Of a stretch of DNA of 64,000 nucleotides, positions 60,225 through 64,000 are shown in pieces. Where the stretch lies: contig CAVTWY010000002.1 in NCBI GenBank assembly GCA_963738575.1, positions 233,798-297,797 of the forward strand, written 5' to 3'. A model generated the notes under the pieces. That model was given only the letters and a program-made list of their open reading frames with translations, searched no databases and was not told the DNA's origin. The translations under genes were made by a program, and so were the position numbers. Position 1 is the stretch's first letter; each line of letters begins with the position of its first letter. Source of the DNA: an uncultured beta proteobacterium (GTDB taxonomy: Bacteria; Pseudomonadota; Gammaproteobacteria; Burkholderiales; Burkholderiaceae_C).

Positions 60225-61240
60225 GGGGTAAGCGCAGGGCGTGTGGGGTGTTGATTGATCCAAGGCAGCAATGCTTCAATCATGCTGTCCGGCAATGAGA
60301 AGTCTAACGGCGCCACCCAGATGCGAGCCGCTTGTGGGTGATCGGGTGGAAGTTTGACGGCATCTTTTTCGGTCACGATGACGGCGCCGCTGCGGGGCAG
60401 GGCGCGCCAGTCTTTCCAGTCAAAATGGTCGGGCAGGGCGACCCGGTCGAACGTTAGCCCCAACGCCTGGAGCATGTCGAAAAAGCGCTTGGGTGATGCA
60501 ATGCCTGCTGCTGCGGTCAACGGTTGCGCAGCCAACGTGTGCAGGGCAGGCACACTGGCGGGTGCGCCCCGATGCCACTGGGCCAACGGTACGGCACCGC
60601 GAAGCACGCGCAACGCCAAGTAGCCCTGCAGCGGTGTGACTTGGCGCGGTGCGTTGTACAGCACCACGCTGCGCGGCGGAACTTTCAAGCCCAACTTCTC
60701 ACGCAAAGGCCCGGCGGGCAACAAGAGCCCGTTGCCGCAACCACGTTCGTCAATGACGATCACTTGGGCGTCGCGTGCAAGGCGGTGGTGTTGGAGCCCG
60801 TCGTCAGCCACCAAAACGTTGACGAAGGGCGACTGCGCCAGCAACATGCGGCCAGCGGCCGCGCGGTCTTGGCCGACCACCACGGGCATCTTGGTTTGCC
60901 GGTGAATCAGCAAAGGCTCATCGCCCACCTGCGAAGGGGTCGATGCCGTTGTGACATGGTGCAGACCCTCTGTGGCGCGCCCGTATCCTCGTGAGACAAC
61001 ACCGGGCGACATGCCGCGGCGTTGAAGCGCTTGCGCCAGCGCCACGGTGGTGGGTGTTTTGCCGGCCCCCCCAACCACCAAGTTGCCGACGACGATCACC
61101 GGCACCGGCAACTGTTGCGGGTTGGCTCGTCGACGATCGAGCTCGGCCAGTTGTCCATAAACGAAGGCTGCCGGTTGCAGCATGCGCGCGGCCAGCGTTG
61201 GTGGTTCGGTCCACCATTGACGTTCAAGCCAAGTGGCCAC
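60221..61240 (-). CDS. lpxK: Tetraacyldisaccharide 4'-kinase
   Basis: P-loop [13 protein letters not shown], then SRGYGR and DDGLQH motifs. Confidence 0.93.
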   Translation of the reverse strand: MATWLERQWWTEPPTLAARMLQPAAFVYGQLAELDRRRANPQQLPVPVIVVGNLVVGGAGKTPTTVALAQALQRRGMSPGVVSRGYGRATEGLHHVTTASTPSQVGDEPLLIHRQTKMPVVVGQDRAAAGRMLLAQSPFVNVLVADDGLQHHRLARDAQVIVIDERGCGNGLLLPAGPLREKLGLKVPPRSVVLYNAPRQVTPLQGYLALRVLRGAVPLAQWHRGAPASVPALHTLAAQPLTAAAGIASPKRFFDMLQALGLTFDRVALPDHFDWKDWRALPRSGAVIVTEKDAVKLPPDHPQAARIWVAPLDFSLPDSMIEALLPWINQHPTRPALTP

Positions 61241-61245
61241 GAGAC

Positions 61246-61662
61246 TCAGTTGCCACCTTTTTGGGCTGCAAATGTGACCCGCGACAAGCCAGCGCGGCGC
61301 GCAGCGTCCAGCACGTTGATCACCGACTGGTGGGCCGCATTGGCGTCAGCTGAAACGATCACCACGGGGTCTTTCAACGTTTGGGCGATGGCAGTCATGG
61401 CCGCGGTCAGTGCATCGACGCTGCGACCATCAACCGATTGCTTGTTGAGAACGTACTGGCCGTCACTGGATACCGACACCAAGATTTCAGCGGGTCGGTC
61501 GCGCAGTTGCTCGGCCTCGGCGGTGGGCAGGGTGAGCTGCAACTCGGTGAACTTGGAGTACGACGTGGACATCATCAAAAAGATCAGCACCACCAACAGC
61601 ACGTCGATGAAGGCGATCAGGTTGATTTCGGGGTCGCCCTCTTTGTGCTTGCGAAAGTTCAT
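61246..61662 (-). CDS. exbD: ExbD/TolR biopolymer transport protein
   Basis: 138 aa with an N-terminal TM helix (INLIAFIDVLLVVLIFLMM) and a periplasmic domain. Confidence 0.9.
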   Translation of the reverse strand: MNFRKHKEGDPEINLIAFIDVLLVVLIFLMMSTSYSKFTELQLTLPTAEAEQLRDRPAEILVSVSSDGQYVLNKQSVDGRSVDALTAAMTAIAQTLKDPVVIVSADANAAHQSVINVLDAARRAGLSRVTFAAQKGGN

Positions 61663-61673
61663 GGTGGGCCTGC

Positions 61674-62306
61674 TTAGGCTTGTCCACGCACGGTGAAGCG
61701 CATCAAGTGCGGCACCATTTGCTCGGTCGCTTGCTCCATGTCGATGGTGTACTCATCCACCTTGCCACGAAAGTACCGGTAAAACATGAGCGCAGGGATG
61801 GCGATGATCAAGCCAAACGCGGTGTTGTAGAGTGCAATCGAGATGCCCTGCGCCAACTGCGCTGGGTTGCTGCCACCCGTGGGGCCTTGCGAGCCAAAAA
61901 TCTCGATCATGCCCACGACCGTGCCCAGCAAGCCCAGCAGCGGTGCTGCGGTGGCAATGGTGCCCAAGGTGTTGAGGTACCGCTCCATGCGATGCACTGC
62001 CGCGCGGCCTGCATTTTCAAAGGCGAGTCGCAAACCCGCTTCACTGAGTCGCGGGTCGGCCACCACGGCGCGTATGCCTTGTGCAAGCACCTGACCCAGT
62101 ACAGAGCTGGCCGCCAACTTGTTGACAACGTCGGCGGTGGGCAAGCTGCTGCGCGTGATCATCACCACTTCATCGGCCAATTTGCGAGGTACCACGCGCA
62201 CTTCGCGGAGGCTCAAAAAGCGTTCAACGACGAGCGTCAGGCCCACCACCGAGCACAACAACAAGGGCCAAATTGGCCATCCAGCGGCTTGTATGATCGA
62301 AAACAA
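61674..62306 (-). CDS. exbB: MotA/TolQ/ExbB proton-channel protein
   Basis: 210 aa with three TM helices and the conserved LGLLGTVVGMI / ALYNTAFGL blocks. Confidence 0.9.
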   Translation of the reverse strand: MFSIIQAAGWPIWPLLLCSVVGLTLVVERFLSLREVRVVPRKLADEVVMITRSSLPTADVVNKLAASSVLGQVLAQGIRAVVADPRLSEAGLRLAFENAGRAAVHRMERYLNTLGTIATAAPLLGLLGTVVGMIEIFGSQGPTGGSNPAQLAQGISIALYNTAFGLIIAIPALMFYRYFRGKVDEYTIDMEQATEQMVPHLMRFTVRGQA

Positions 62307-62702
62307 ACGGGTTCCTCATAGCGCTGTCATGCAAGCGCTTGGCGCCGATTATGGCGCCAGCTTTGCAGTGCAAGCGTGTCCAAGCGTAGGTGTGGGGTTG
62401 TGTCGTCAGTTCAGGGCGGTGCGCTCGTGTGCCAATGCACCTCACGTAAAAAAAGTAGTTCATCAGAACTGTGGACAACACTGTGGGCAACGTGGGCGCA
62501 TCCGCAGCGGGCACGGGCATTTGCTTGGGTTTGCTTACGGTGCTGAAGTTTTGAGCAGAAAAAAATAGATGATATTCAATAAGTTGAGTCGAGTTTGTGT
62601 GCTCTGCGATGAGGTTTTTTGGGTATCTTTTGTGGGTGCTGCAATCGATTGGCATGGGTGCTCGGCCGAGCAAAACACCCATGGCGTGTTGCGCGCGCAG
62701 CA

Positions 62703-64000
62703 ATGAGCACTCAACACGGTGACATGCCGACTCGCGCAGCGCCTCAGGTTTGGGGCGTTCAAGCGTTGCTGCTGGCCACAGCCGATGCCTTGAATGCGCG
62801 TTTTGGTGCGGCGACCGTGGAAGGTGAGTTGTCCGGGTTTTCGCGCGCACCCAGCGGCCACTGCTACTTCACGCTCAAAGATTCGCAAGGTGCTGCGGCT
62901 TCCATGCGCTGCGCCATGTTCCGACGCGCTGCATCCATGGTTCCGTTTGCGCCGCGTGATGGCATGCGGGTTCAGCTGCGTGGCCGGGTCAGTGTTTACG
63001 AGGCGCGCGGCGAGCTGCAATTTGTGGCCGAGAGCATGGCACTTGCAGGCGAGGGTGCACTGTACGAGAAGTTTTTGCAGCTGAAAGCCAAGCTCCAGGC
63101 GCAAGGCTTGTTTGACGACGCACGCAAACGTGCACTGCCAAGCCATGTTCGCCGGGTGGGCGTCATCACGTCGCTGGCAGCCGCTGCACTGCACGACGTG
63201 GCAACCACGCTGTCGCGTCGCTCGCCGCACGTGCAAGTGGTTGTCTACCCTACCTTGGTGCAAGGTGCTGAAGCGCCAGCGGCACTGCTGGCGGCCTTCG
63301 CCGCTGCAACCCAGCGCGCCGAGGTGGACGTTTTGTTGCTGGTGCGGGGCGGGGGTTCACTTGAAGACCTCTGGGCCTTCAATGACGAGCGTGTGGTGCG
63401 CGCGGTGGCTGCGTCCGTCATTCCGGTGGTGGTAGGGGTAGGGCACGAAAGCGACATCACGCTTGCTGACTTGGCGGGTGACTTGCGGGCGCCGACACCG
63501 ACAGCGGCGGCCGAAATGGCCGTGCCAGCCATGCTTGACTTGCAAGCAGAACTTGCAAGCTGCTTCAAGCGCGCTGCCCGCGCCGTGGCGTATCGCCTTG
63601 AAAATCAAGCCTCCCGGCTTGACAGGGCGACGTTGCTGGCGAGCAAGCCCGCACGCGTGCTGGATCGTCACAAACATCGCTTGATGCTGCTGGAGTCGCG
63701 CGTGGCGCCGCTGCTGCGTGCCTCGCTTCAAACGGCTGGCCATCGTCTGTATCAGGTGCAATTGCGCATCGGCGGCGCTGTGGCAACGCGACAGCAGGGG
63801 GCCGTGCATCGCTTGCAACAATTGCAAACGCGCCTGGATGCTGTGCATCCCAAGCGCATCCTGTCGCGGGGCTACGCGCTGGTAACCGACACCCAGGGCA
63901 CCCCAGTGACGCAGGCAAAGTCGCTGGCTGTGGGGGATGCGATCCAGGCTGTGTTTGCCGACGGCAAGGCCCAAGCCCGCGTTGAACGTGTCGTGAGGGG
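62703..64000 (+). CDS. xseA: Exodeoxyribonuclease VII large subunit, 3'-truncated by the window end
   Basis: Open frame from ATG 62703 with no stop before 64000, which is why it is absent from the ORF track. Blocks: GELSGFSRAPSGHCYFTLKD, VYEARGELQF, RVGVITS, RGGGSLEDLWAFNDE, GVGHESD. Confidence 0.9.
   Translation, partial: MSTQHGDMPTRAAPQVWGVQALLLATADALNARFGAATVEGELSGFSRAPSGHCYFTLKDSQGAAASMRCAMFRRAASMVPFAPRDGMRVQLRGRVSVYEARGELQFVAESMALAGEGALYEKFLQLKAKLQAQGLFDDARKRALPSHVRRVGVITSLAAAALHDVATTLSRRSPHVQVVVYPTLVQGAEAPAALLAAFAAATQRAEVDVLLLVRGGGSLEDLWAFNDERVVRAVAASVIPVVVGVGHESDITLADLAGDLRAPTPTAAAEMAVPAMLDLQAELASCFKRAARAVAYRLENQASRLDRATLLASKPARVLDRHKHRLMLLESRVAPLLRASLQTAGHRLYQVQLRIGGAVATRQQGAVHRLQQLQTRLDAVHPKRILSRGYALVTDTQGTPVTQAKSLAVGDAIQAVFADGKAQARVERVVR

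Overview
This is a high-GC proteobacterial chromosome segment. My hand counts on a few 100-nt samples give about 65-69% GC in core genes. Gene content and order look like Burkholderiales/Comamonadaceae (Bug/TctC-type receptor, exbB-exbD-lpxK-ycaR-kdsB-adk block); that placement is inference only.

About 55 protein genes are supported. From left to right:
- moeA-moaD-moaE and crcB.
- A tightly coupled 5-gene operon: flavin reductase, NicX-like ring-cleavage dioxygenase, alpha/beta hydrolase, ACAD-fold protein lacking the catalytic Glu, and a CoA ligase.
- clpB with a sigma32-like promoter.
- nadB and nadA, bracketed by two paralogous uncharacterised proteins.
- An MFS gene, a DUF4124 gene, and guaB - tetA-like MFS - guaA.
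- A roughly 6.3-kb accessory patch directly after guaA: decayed gene fragments, vapBC, an AT-rich promoter region, XRE-HTH + HipA-like kinase + DUF867 fragment, and an IS66-family element.
- A lower-GC tauABC-like/dcyD-like operon with a divergent MocR-type regulator.
- Amidase, a LigI-like amidohydrolase stub, 2-hydroxyacid dehydrogenase, RraA/HMG-aldolase-like protein, Bug receptor, FAD monooxygenase and DUF2783.
- An orphan Sfp-type PPTase, tadA and ldcA.
- A peptide-type ABC importer, a TonB-dependent receptor, a methyltransferase, an S9 peptidase, a TPR/Asp-beta-hydroxylase and an SDR.
- adk, kdsB, ycaR, lpxK, exbD, exbB, and the 5' part of xseA.

I recognised no rRNA, tRNA or CRISPR array.

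The most striking global property is about 25-30 reading-frame disruptions. They cluster at 18.95-21.4 kb, 25.0-28.3 kb and 52.2-53.7 kb, while long neighbouring genes (clpB, nadB, the ABC ATPase) are intact. From sequence alone I cannot separate assembly indels from real gene decay.

The candidates I consider most novel are:
- the paralogue pair around nadBA;
- the translationally coupled HTH/HipA/DUF867 module;
- the hybrid heteroaromatic catabolic operon.

All family calls come from motif recognition by eye; no database search was run. Start codons are uncertain by up to a few tens of nt, and frameshift positions by about 10 nt.
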